Below, one piece after another: positions 52,886 through 61,703 of a DNA stretch of 64,000 nt. Position 1 is the stretch's first letter, and each line of letters begins with the position of its first letter. The notes under the pieces were generated by a model. That model had not been told where the DNA came from and did no database searches. It saw only the letters and a list, made by a program, of their open reading frames with translations. Origin of the DNA: Desulfobacterales bacterium. GTDB lineage: Bacteria; Desulfobacterota; Desulfobacteria; Desulfobacterales; UBA2174. The translations under genes were made by a program, and so were the position numbers. The stretch lies in contig CAXXWC010000021.1 of NCBI GenBank assembly GCA_963668645.2, positions 1,184,001 to 1,248,000 on the forward strand. Reading direction: 5' to 3'.

Positions 52886-54097
52886 CTAGAGGCCGTCACT
52901 TTTCGGCAAACTGAGAAACTGATCGTAGTTGCTGGGAAAAATGACCTCTGTACGCGCATGGCGGTAAGCGCCGGTAAATGTCTTGGCAAAAGCAGCGGTA
53001 GACCTGAATCCATCGTGTTTGAACGCGAAGGCGGCCAGGGCCGATCCATCGGCCTCGACGTAGTCGATCTGCTGCTTTTGGGTAGTGCGCCAAAAATATC
53101 CCGTGGCTCGCATCCCGCGGTTGGCGATCAGCTTGCGCCGCTCGGCCACAAGGAAGTTTTCCCACAACGGGCCGGAGTCGGTACGGCTGGTCAAGGGTAG
53201 AAAGTTGCCGATCACGGCGTTGCGGACCCCGTTGTCCACAAAATATATTTTCTTTCCCTTCTTGATTTCATTGCGCACACTACGGCTGTATGCCGGCAGA
53301 CGAAAGAGGACAAAAGCCTTTTCCAGCAGATCGACGTAGCGTTCCACAGTATGGGCATCGGCACCGGTCAACTGCCCAAGTTCATAAAAGGAGATCTCGC
53401 TGCCGATCTTCAATGCCAGTGCCTTGACGAGCTTTTCCAGGAGCGACGGCTTCTTGAGGCCGTCAAGAAGTAGAAGATCCTTGAAAAGGTAGCTGTCTAC
53501 CAGCATATTGACCAGTTCCTTGGCCAAATGCGGGCGCAGCACGACCCAGGGATAGCTGCCGTAAATCAGGCGCTGTTCCAACCAACGCCGCTCCTCCCCA
53601 AGTCCGTGATGGGCCGCCAGCTCTGCGAAGGAAAACGGGTAAAGCGTAAATTGGACATTGGGCACGGACTGTGTCCGGTCGTCGTTGACACTCATATCCA
53701 GGGCACAAGATCCGGTGACAATGACCTGCACTTCTGGAATCCGTTCCACGATCAGTTTCAATACGGCGCCAATATTGGCGACCCTTTGGGCCCCCTGGAT
53801 GCATAGCATCCGGTTGCGACCGAAAAAGGCGCGCAAACGACCATGATCCGGATGTTCCAGCAGCTCCCGCACATCCGGTTGATCGGCGTTTAGAAACAAA
53901 TGGGGTTTTCCGCAGCGCTCCATTAGGACATGAAGCAGGGTGGTCTTACCGGACCGCCGGGGTCCGATCAAGGCGATGGTCCGTCCCTTGAAAAACCGGT
54001 CCTGAACCATCGGCGCCAACTCACGAATTATAATATTTTTAGATTTCGTGTCTTTTATAACATGCGATCTTAGCATCCCATCATTTTCAAGCACCAT
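52886..54097 (-). CDS. AAA_14/DUF4143-type ATP-binding protein, catalytic motifs degenerate (start uncertain)
   Basis: GPRRSGKTT, TGS, LYPFSF.E, YGSYP, KIYFVDNG.RNA, G.LWENF. Confidence 0.78.
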   Translation of the reverse strand: MVLENDGMLRSHVIKDTKSKNIIIRELAPMVQDRFFKGRTIALIGPRRSGKTTLLHVLMERCGKPHLFLNADQPDVRELLEHPDHGRLRAFFGRNRMLCIQGAQRVANIGAVLKLIVERIPEVQVIVTGSCALDMSVNDDRTQSVPNVQFTLYPFSFAELAAHHGLGEERRWLEQRLIYGSYPWVVLRPHLAKELVNMLVDSYLFKDLLLLDGLKKPSLLEKLVKALALKIGSEISFYELGQLTGADAHTVERYVDLLEKAFVLFRLPAYSRSVRNEIKKGKKIYFVDNGVRNAVIGNFLPLTSRTDSGPLWENFLVAERRKLIANRGMRATGYFWRTTQKQQIDYVEADGSALAAFAFKHDGFRSTAAFAKTFTGAYRHARTEVIFPSNYDQFLSLPKSDGL

Positions 54098-54649
54098 TCA
54101 CCGCCCACCCAAAGTAAAAATTGAAAACAATTGTTTAATATTACTAAGGTAAAAAAGGGACAGTTCTGCTCCTTTGAAAACCCAACCAATCGTATTTATT
54201 GGGTTACAAGTAATTCTGGAACAGAAGGTCGATTTTCAGTTAGTATTGAATCGCGACCTATGGATTTAAAAGCTATTCAGCCTCTTGGATTGCTTCTGTC
54301 TATGCGCTAAAGATGTCCTTGTCAAGAGGAATCGAATTGTGGTCATTAAGGGTATGTTTAGGTTTTTTCAGGTTTTTCTTTCAACCACCACACTCAAAAC
54401 GAAAATCATCGGGTCTGCTTCTTGAATCTACCATCCTGAAAGCAGGACAAATTCAAGATCCCGCCTTGGCCACCCGGCGTGGGCGTTCTTGGCGTACATA
54501 CAGGCTCGCAACAAGCCTGGAGGCCGTCCGAAAACATCTAAAAGCGACGTCCTGAAGTTATTATTCGTCGGACAAGGTTAGTTATACGACTAATACATCG
54601 GTCAAGATCAAGATCTTTTGTCTGTAATTTAGTTTTCGCTATTTTTAAA

Positions 54650-55906
54650 TCAAATCACCTGATGACGATTTCCCAGGGCCTTGAAAGCCTGGATCAGTCG
54701 CTTATTGCAGGTATGCAGGTCAGCCCCGGACTGAGCGCCGGCAGGGATAAAAGGCAGGTCAAGCGGTGGACCGAAGCGCACCGTCACCGGCCCCCTCTTA
54801 AGGCGGCTGCTCCAGCGCGGCATGAGCCCGTAAGCTCCGGAAATGCCCACCGGCACCACCGGCACCCCGGCCGCCAAAAGCAGACGCAAAGTGGTGCGTT
54901 TGAACGGCAGCCGGCCCCCGTCCCAGCAACGCTCGCCTTCCGGGAAGAGCCCCAGAACATGGCCCCCGGCCAAAATCCGCATGGCGTTGTGCACCGCTAC
55001 CGGATCGGTGGTGTAGCGGCGCACCGGAAAGGCGCGCGACCAGACCAGAAAACGGTCGAGCAGCGGATAATCGAACTGGGAGTTCTTGGTCATGAACCAG
55101 ATGGGCCGCGACGCCGCGGAGGAGAGCAGGATGGCATCCAGAAAGGAACTGTGGTTGGCCGCGACGATCACAGGGCCGGAAACGGGTAATCTGTCACGGC
55201 CTTCGATATGCAGAGGCAGCCAAACGCGCAGCAGAGCGCGCACCGCCCCGCGCAGCATCTCAAAAGCGGTCGGTGTCGGCCCCGGTCCGGCCGGCCGGCT
55301 GCGAACCACCGCAAGACTGCCGACCGGAACCGCCGGAGGGGCGAATTCGTCCTCGAAACGGATGCGCGGGCAGTACTCGGCGATCCGGCGCGGCTGATGG
55401 AAGACGGCCAGGGCTCCGGCAAGGGCATCCTCCCAGCGCTTGCCGGCTGCACCGGCCAGATCGAAAAAAAATACCCCTTGATCCCGCGTGCCCACAATGA
55501 CGGTGTGCGACTCGATGGTGACGGCCAAGATCTGAGCCAAACCGATGCTCAGATCCAGGCCGCCCCCCTGTATCGCCAGCCGCCTTGCATCGAGATGGAG
55601 CCTGGCCTGCCCCAGAGGCTTTCGACCGTAAGCCACCGCACTCAGGCCGCCAGCGCCCCTAAAGAAGCCCCGCCGCTGCTCCAACGCAACCGCTACCGGG
55701 CCGCTGGCCAGTCCCTCGGGGGGCATCCGGTCCAAGCGTCGCACGGCGGCGTACCAGTGGGCCATATCGCCGGCCCGTCCGCCGATAACGGCCGTAGATC
55801 TGTTCCGGCCCAGCTGCACATCTGCCCCGCAGCCGCGACAGCGGCCGGCCTCCAGCCAAGGCTCGGCCCCGCACAGCGGGCAGCGGTATAACAGGCGCGT
55901 GATCAT
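54650..55906 (-). CDS. Lysophospholipid acyltransferase (PlsC family) with extra N-terminal Cys-rich domain
   Basis: NHSSFLD (HX4D), AFPVRR, FPEGER in the C-terminal half; CPLC...CRGC at the N-terminus. Confidence 0.8.
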   Translation of the reverse strand: MITRLLYRCPLCGAEPWLEAGRCRGCGADVQLGRNRSTAVIGGRAGDMAHWYAAVRRLDRMPPEGLASGPVAVALEQRRGFFRGAGGLSAVAYGRKPLGQARLHLDARRLAIQGGGLDLSIGLAQILAVTIESHTVIVGTRDQGVFFFDLAGAAGKRWEDALAGALAVFHQPRRIAEYCPRIRFEDEFAPPAVPVGSLAVVRSRPAGPGPTPTAFEMLRGAVRALLRVWLPLHIEGRDRLPVSGPVIVAANHSSFLDAILLSSAASRPIWFMTKNSQFDYPLLDRFLVWSRAFPVRRYTTDPVAVHNAMRILAGGHVLGLFPEGERCWDGGRLPFKRTTLRLLLAAGVPVVPVGISGAYGLMPRWSSRLKRGPVTVRFGPPLDLPFIPAGAQSGADLHTCNKRLIQAFKALGNRHQVI

Positions 55907-56018
55907 GTGCCAGGTGCCAGAGGATCACGCAAATTCGAATATCGAAACTCTAAATTCGAAACAAAGGCATTTGGGTTTGTCATATTCGGATTTTGAACAT
56001 TTGCATTCATTTCGAAGT

Positions 56019-58667
56019 TCAGTCTTTGCCGCCCATCTTCCGGGCCGCTTCCAAGGCGGCGGCCAAGGCCGCGTCGAGGTTTTCCGGCCGGTTGCCGCCG
56101 GCCTGGGCCAGATCCGGCCGGCCGCCGCCGCCGCCGCCAACTTCGGCCGCAGCGGCCCGGATGATCTGGCCGGCATGAAAGCGTCCAGCAAGATCGCGCG
56201 TTACGGCGGCCACCAGCAGGGCCTTGCCTGCAGCCTCGGCCCCCAGGACCACCACCCCGGAACCGAGCCGGTCGCGGAAACGGTCCGCGAGTTCACGCAG
56301 GGCCGCCGGGCTGTCCACCGGCACCTGACGCACCATCACCGGCACACCGGCCACTGTGTGAGGTGCTTCCCCGGCCTCGGGGCCGCCGGCTGCGGCAGCG
56401 GCCTGCTCGGTCTTAATGCGGGCCAATTCCTTCTCCAAACGCTTTTGTTCGGCCATTATCCTGTCCAGACGTTCCACCAGGGCCTCGTTGGGGGTTTTAA
56501 GACGGCGGGCCACCTCGGCCAGACGCTGCGTTTCGGCCTGCATGTGAGCCACGGCAACCGCCCCAGTCAGGGCTTCGATGCGCCGCACGCCCGATGCCAC
56601 CCCGGCCTCGGAGAGGATCACGAACAGTCCGATGTCGCCGGTGCGCGCCGTGTGGGTACCACCGCACAACTCCTTGGAAAAATCGGCCAGGGAAACCACC
56701 CGCACCCGGTCCCCGTACTTTTCCTCAAAAAGAGCCGTTGCCCCGGACTGGAAGGCCGCTTCGGCGGCCATCTCGGCCACCGCCACCGGCACGTTGGCCC
56801 GCACCCTGGTGTTGACCTGGGCTTCGATCCGGGCCAGGGCCTCATCCTCGATGGGTGAAAAATGGGTAAAATCGAAGCGCAGCCGATCAGGGCTCACCAG
56901 GGAGCCGGCCTGTTTGACATGATCGCCCAGCACGGCGCGCAGCTCTCCATGCAAAATATGGGTGGCGGTGTGATTGCAGGCCGTAGCGGCCCGGCGCTCG
57001 GCGTCCACCGCCATTTCGACCCGCTGGCCGCCCTCGATGCGCCCCGCGGCCACCCTCCCCTTGTGGATGATCAGCCCGGTGGGATCCTTGATGGTGTCAG
57101 CCACCTCCACAACCGCCCCGTTGCCGGTTCGGATGCGTCCCTGATCACCTACCTGGCCGCCGGCCTCACCGTAAAACGGAGTGCGGTCCGTTACGATCTC
57201 CACTTCGGCCCCGGCGTCTGCTGCGGCCACGGCCTGGCCGTCCACCACCACCAACAGCACCACGGCTTCGGCCGTCGTGGCGTCGTAGCCGACGAATTCG
57301 GGCTGGATCCCCTGGCTGGACAGATCACGATAGGCATCGGCGAGCTTGCCGAAGCTAGCCACGCGCCGCGACTGGGCACGCTGAGCCGCCATGCCAGCCT
57401 CGAAACCGGTCATGTCCAGGGTCAGCCCCTCGTCGCGCACCACGTCGCGCACGATGTCCACCGGAAACCCGTACGTGTCGTAAAGTTTGAAAATCACATC
57501 ACCGGGCACTTCGCGCGCGCCCCGAGCGCGCAGCTCGCCCAGGGCATCGCCCAGTACCTTCAGGCCGTGGTCCAACGTTTCGGAAAAGCGCACCTCCTCG
57601 TTGCGGATCACGTTGGTGATAAAACTGGCCGCCTCGCTCAGTTCCGGGTAGGCCGGCCGCATGATCTCGAAAACCACCCGGGCCGTCTCGTGCAAAAAAG
57701 GATCGCCCAAACCGATGTTGCGTCCATAGCGGATCGCCCGGCGCATGATGCGCCGCAGCACGTAGCCACGCCCTTCGTTGGCGGGCAGAATCCCGTCGCC
57801 GATCAAAAAGGCCGCGGCCCGGCTGTGGTCGGCGATCACCTTGAGGGCTACGTCCCCTTCCCGGCTGCGGCCGTAAGGGCAACCGGCCAGTTCGGCGGCC
57901 CGGTCGATAATCGGCCGGATCAGGTCGGTCTCGAAGTTGTTCTCCTTGTCCTGGAGCACGGAGGCGATGCGCTCCAGCCCGGCCCCGGTGTCGATGCTCG
58001 GCCGGGGCAAAGGGGTCATGCGGCCTTCGGCGTCGCGGTTGAATTGCATGAAGACCAGGTTCCACAGCTCGAGGTAGCGGTCGCACTCGCACCCGAGCTT
58101 GCAGTCCGGCCGGCTGCATCCGAATTGCGGGCCGCGATCCAGATGGATCTCCGAACACGGGCCGCAGGGGCCGGTATCGCCCATGGCCCAGAAGTTGTCC
58201 TTCTCGCCGAAGCGTACGATCCGTTCGGCCGGCACCCCCACCACCTTCTGCCACAGCTCGAAGGCCTCGTCGTCGTCAAGGTAGATCGAGACCCAGAGCC
58301 GGTCGGCCGGCAGGCCGAACCCGCTGGTGAGAAGATCCCATCCGAATTCGATGGCCTTTTCCTTGAAATAGTCGCCGAAGGAAAAGTTGCCCAGCATCTC
58401 GAAGAAGGTATGATGACGGGCAGTGTAGCCGACATTTTCCAGGTCGTTGTGCTTGCCGCCGGCACGCACGCATTTCTGAGAGGTGACGGCCCGCTGGTAA
58501 GGTCGCTTTTCATCGCCCAGAAAAACCCGCTTGAACTGCACCATGCCTGCGTTGGTAAAAAGCAGGGTCGGATCGTCGGCCGGCACCAGCGAACTGCTGC
58601 GCACGATCTGGTGCCCTTGGTGCTGGAAGTAGTTCAAAAATTTCTGGCGAATTTCGTTGCCCGTCAT
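56019..58667 (-). CDS. alaS: Alanine--tRNA ligase
   Basis: DPTLLFTNAGM, HHTFFEMLGNFSFG, HTATH, ELCGGTH, GGGGGR. Confidence 0.99.
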   Translation of the reverse strand: MTGNEIRQKFLNYFQHQGHQIVRSSSLVPADDPTLLFTNAGMVQFKRVFLGDEKRPYQRAVTSQKCVRAGGKHNDLENVGYTARHHTFFEMLGNFSFGDYFKEKAIEFGWDLLTSGFGLPADRLWVSIYLDDDEAFELWQKVVGVPAERIVRFGEKDNFWAMGDTGPCGPCSEIHLDRGPQFGCSRPDCKLGCECDRYLELWNLVFMQFNRDAEGRMTPLPRPSIDTGAGLERIASVLQDKENNFETDLIRPIIDRAAELAGCPYGRSREGDVALKVIADHSRAAAFLIGDGILPANEGRGYVLRRIMRRAIRYGRNIGLGDPFLHETARVVFEIMRPAYPELSEAASFITNVIRNEEVRFSETLDHGLKVLGDALGELRARGAREVPGDVIFKLYDTYGFPVDIVRDVVRDEGLTLDMTGFEAGMAAQRAQSRRVASFGKLADAYRDLSSQGIQPEFVGYDATTAEAVVLLVVVDGQAVAAADAGAEVEIVTDRTPFYGEAGGQVGDQGRIRTGNGAVVEVADTIKDPTGLIIHKGRVAAGRIEGGQRVEMAVDAERRAATACNHTATHILHGELRAVLGDHVKQAGSLVSPDRLRFDFTHFSPIEDEALARIEAQVNTRVRANVPVAVAEMAAEAAFQSGATALFEEKYGDRVRVVSLADFSKELCGGTHTARTGDIGLFVILSEAGVASGVRRIEALTGAVAVAHMQAETQRLAEVARRLKTPNEALVERLDRIMAEQKRLEKELARIKTEQAAAAAGGPEAGEAPHTVAGVPVMVRQVPVDSPAALRELADRFRDRLGSGVVVLGAEAAGKALLVAAVTRDLAGRFHAGQIIRAAAAEVGGGGGGRPDLAQAGGNRPENLDAALAAALEAARKMGGKD

Positions 58668-58706
58668 GTATCGCTCCGATAAGATTTGAGATTCAAGGTT
58701 CTATGC

Positions 58707-58852
58707 CAAATCCGAAATCCGAATATCGAAATTCGAATCTTCCCAACGAAAGCCCCCAACGCCTTCGTTTCGAGCTTGTTTTATTTGATACTGGAGCATT
58801 GTTTCGGATTTCGATATCCGAATTTGCCGTTTCAGTCGTTGTTTCGGATTTG
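58707..58852. repeat. Heptamer-based (AAATCCG/AATATCG/AAATTCG) inverted-repeat element in the recA-alaS spacer; related copies at 55930-55995 and 48084-48108
   Basis: CAAATCCGAAATCCGAATATCGAAATTCGAA with inverted partners TTTCGGATTTCGATATCCGAATTTG and TTTCGGATTTG. Confidence 0.7.
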
Positions 58853-58892
58853 CCGTTATGCGCCCACAGCGCGCTGTCCTGCGTCTTCCGCC

Positions 58893-59921
58893 CTACTCCT
58901 CCCCTTTCTCGGGCGAACTCTTGCCTGGCACCAGGGCCAGTTTCTCGCGCACTTTCTCGAGCAGAGCGGCGTAGACATCCGGATTTTCCTTAAAAAAACG
59001 CTTGACGTTCTCGCGCCCCTGACCGATGCGATCCCCGTCGTAGCTGTACCAGCTCCCGCTCTTTTCGATGGCCCCCACCGCCACCCCGTTGTCCAGCAGG
59101 TCTCCGGCGGCCGAGATCCCCTCGCCGTACATGATGTCGAATTCGGCCTCTTGAAAAGGCGGGGCCAGCTTGTTCTTGACCACCTTGACCCGGGTGCGGT
59201 TGCCGATCACCTCCTGGCCTTCCTTTATCGCGCCGATACGCCGGATGTCCATGCGCACAGAGGCGTAGAATTTCAGGGCATTGCCGCCGGTGGTGGTTTC
59301 CGGGTTGCCGAAAACCACCCCGATCTTCATGCGAATCTGGTTGATGAAGATCAGGGTGGTCATGGTCTTGCTGATATTGGCGGTCAGCTTGCGCAGGGCC
59401 TGGCTCATCAGCCGGGCCTGGAGTCCCATGTGAGCGTCGCCCATCTCGCCTTCGATCTCGGCCCGCGGCGTCAGGGCCGCCACCGAGTCGATCACGATGA
59501 TGTCCACCGCCCCGCTGCGTACCAGCATATCGGCGATCTCCAGGGCTTGTTCACCCGTGTCGGGCTGGCTGACGAGCAGTTCGTCGCAGTCGACGCCCAG
59601 CTTGCGCGCGTAAACCGTGTCCAGAGCGTGCTCGGCGTCGATGAAGGCGGCGATCCCCCCCTGGCGCTGGGCCTCGGACACCGCGTGCAGGGCCAGGGTA
59701 GTCTTGCCGGACGACTCGGGGCCATAAATCTCGATGATCCGGCCCCGGGGCAAACCGCCGATGCCCAAGGCCTTGTCCAGGGCCAGGGCCCCGGTACGAA
59801 TCACCGGGACCTGAACGATGGGCTGGCTGCCCAGTTTCATGATGGCCCCCTTGCCGAACTGGCGCTCGATCTGGCCGATGGCGCTCTGTACGGCGCGATT
59901 CTTTTCCGCTGCCGGGCTCAT
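58893..59921 (-). CDS. recA: Recombinase RecA
   Basis: [34 protein letters not shown]. Confidence 0.99.
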   Translation of the reverse strand: MSPAAEKNRAVQSAIGQIERQFGKGAIMKLGSQPIVQVPVIRTGALALDKALGIGGLPRGRIIEIYGPESSGKTTLALHAVSEAQRQGGIAAFIDAEHALDTVYARKLGVDCDELLVSQPDTGEQALEIADMLVRSGAVDIIVIDSVAALTPRAEIEGEMGDAHMGLQARLMSQALRKLTANISKTMTTLIFINQIRMKIGVVFGNPETTTGGNALKFYASVRMDIRRIGAIKEGQEVIGNRTRVKVVKNKLAPPFQEAEFDIMYGEGISAAGDLLDNGVAVGAIEKSGSWYSYDGDRIGQGRENVKRFFKENPDVYAALLEKVREKLALVPGKSSPEKGEE

Positions 59922-60526
59922 GGTCTACCTCCTGTTGCGCTGGATCCCGTATCCTGCCCCAGCCGAACCTGTGCCAGCGGGGTGTAACGCGCCCCGCCGT
60001 GTTCCAGGATGCTGCGGAACAGAACCAGAGATGCGACCTCGAAGGACGGTGCCTCCAGGGTCTGGTGAGTTTTGAGAATTTCGACGATGCGGTGCGTATC
60101 GAATTCGCCCCGGGCCCGCGCCAGGGTCAGATGGGCGGTCCAGGGCCGCCTTTCTGGTAAAAAACCGGCACTGGCCAGCTCTGCCGCCACATGTTTTTGC
60201 AGGTCGAACAAAGCCGGCAGATCCCCCTTCAGCCCTGCCCACAGAACCCGCGCCCGCTGGGGTCGCGGAAAAACACCCAGCCCTGCCGGGACCAGGCGGA
60301 TGGGCGCCGCCCCCCTTACGGCCCGCGTCAGCGCTGCGGCCAGCGGATCCACGGCCCCGGACGCCACGTCGCCCAAAAACTGAAAGGTCAGGTGGATGTT
60401 GCCCGCCGGCACCCAGCGTCCACGCAGGCCGGTCGCCTGCAGCCGTGCAGCCAGGCGCCCGAGAAAATCGGCCACCGCCCCTGGCAAGGGCGCAGCCACG
60501 AAGGCGCGCAGGGTCGCCCCGCTCAT
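59918..60526 (-). CDS. thpR: RNA 2',3'-cyclic phosphodiesterase (2H family)
   Basis: Two HxT motifs ([14 protein letters not shown]); canonical position upstream of recA. Confidence 0.9.
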   Translation of the reverse strand: MSGATLRAFVAAPLPGAVADFLGRLAARLQATGLRGRWVPAGNIHLTFQFLGDVASGAVDPLAAALTRAVRGAAPIRLVPAGLGVFPRPQRARVLWAGLKGDLPALFDLQKHVAAELASAGFLPERRPWTAHLTLARARGEFDTHRIVEILKTHQTLEAPSFEVASLVLFRSILEHGGARYTPLAQVRLGQDTGSSATGGRP

Positions 60527-61689
60527 GCTGGCAGACAGGCCTGGGGCTCGCCGAGCAGAAAACGTCCTTTAGTGATGCGCTCTTTGAGGGTTTCAGCGAT
60601 CTCACGGGCCTTGACGATGCTCGACATGGGTACGGTCTGGATTTCACGGCCCTGGAAACGGATCGACCCACTCTTAAGCTGGGCGTAGCTCACCTTGGCC
60701 AGACGCTTGGCCTCGCCAGTGGGATAATCGCCGCCGTAATCGATCACCTGGGTAAAAATCTCTTCGTCGCTTACCGCGGTAAAGGCCGCCATCTCCTCGT
60801 TGAGGATCGGAATCGGGATCCCCAGGCCCACCGCCAGGCTGCACCCGTATCCCTGAATGCTCACCCCTCGCAAAAAACGCGGGCTCATCTGCTTGAGATC
60901 GCCCATCACAAAGAGGGTCCCGGCCGGCTTCAGGGGCACACCGCGCTCCGTGCGGCGTACCTTGGGGTTGTGCTGGGTGCCCTGGAAAGTCACATACCCT
61001 TCACCCCCGCCCAGAAAGATGCGCGTACCGATCCCGATGGTGCGGTAATACGGGTCGTTGAACATGGGGCTAAGCTGGCCGGCCGAACAGTAGTTGGCGT
61101 TGCCGGCCCTCGGCTTGAGGGTCCCCATGTAGGTATAAATGGTCTTGTTGGAAAGGTTCACCGCGCAATTGTAATTCTGATAGCCGTTGCGCGGGTTGCA
61201 CAGCACCGCGTAGGGCAGATCGCGCAAGGTGACCTCTTTTTCCAGTTCGGTGCGCGGGTAGCAGTCCGTGCCGTAGGCTTCGGCCTTGAGAAAAACCTTC
61301 TTGCCCGAAACCAGATCTTCGATGACGTGCCCTCCCCCGTAGCGGAATTCTCCCGGATAGACCTTGTTCAAAGGGTCGTCGGCGCACGGCTCGGTGGCCC
61401 CGAGATAGCAGTCCACCGCCGCGATGCCGCCGTAGGCTGGCACCTTGTTGAGCCAAACGCTGGAGGCCTTGATTCCCGGCTTGCTGTGACCGAAGTTGAT
61501 GAAAGCCCCGGATGAGCACATGGGCGCGAAGGTGCCGGTAGTGACCACATCCACGCGCCTGGCGGCCTGCTCAGTGCCCTCTTCGCGCACGATCTCGATC
61601 ATCTCTTCGGCGGTGACCACCACCGCCTCGCCGCTGCGGATGCGCGCGTTGATCTCGGCGTAGGTCTTGTTGACGTTGAAGGTCTTCAT
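60523..61689 (-). CDS. Homocysteine biosynthesis protein (DUF39, aspartate-semialdehyde sulfurtransferase-like)
   Basis: KTYAEIN.RI..G.AVVVTAEE, VDVVTTGTF.PMCSSG, YGGGHVIEDL, NPRN.YQNY, GQLSP..NDP, GTQH; real start ATG 61689 (or 61707), not 62682. Confidence 0.85.
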   Translation of the reverse strand: MKTFNVNKTYAEINARIRSGEAVVVTAEEMIEIVREEGTEQAARRVDVVTTGTFAPMCSSGAFINFGHSKPGIKASSVWLNKVPAYGGIAAVDCYLGATEPCADDPLNKVYPGEFRYGGGHVIEDLVSGKKVFLKAEAYGTDCYPRTELEKEVTLRDLPYAVLCNPRNGYQNYNCAVNLSNKTIYTYMGTLKPRAGNANYCSAGQLSPMFNDPYYRTIGIGTRIFLGGGEGYVTFQGTQHNPKVRRTERGVPLKPAGTLFVMGDLKQMSPRFLRGVSIQGYGCSLAVGLGIPIPILNEEMAAFTAVSDEEIFTQVIDYGGDYPTGEAKRLAKVSYAQLKSGSIRFQGREIQTVPMSSIVKAREIAETLKERITKGRFLLGEPQACLPA

Positions 61690-61703
61690 GGTCGGATTCC
61701 TGT

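Noticed and set aside
54466..54485. Possible attR copy of the tRNA-Arg 3' end (CACGCCGGG)
   Set aside because: Only a 9-nt match, in inverted orientation, and there is no integrase in the interval.
58707..58852. Possible CRISPR array
   Set aside because: Units are 7-nt degenerate and inverted, with no 25-40-nt direct repeats, unique spacers or cas genes.
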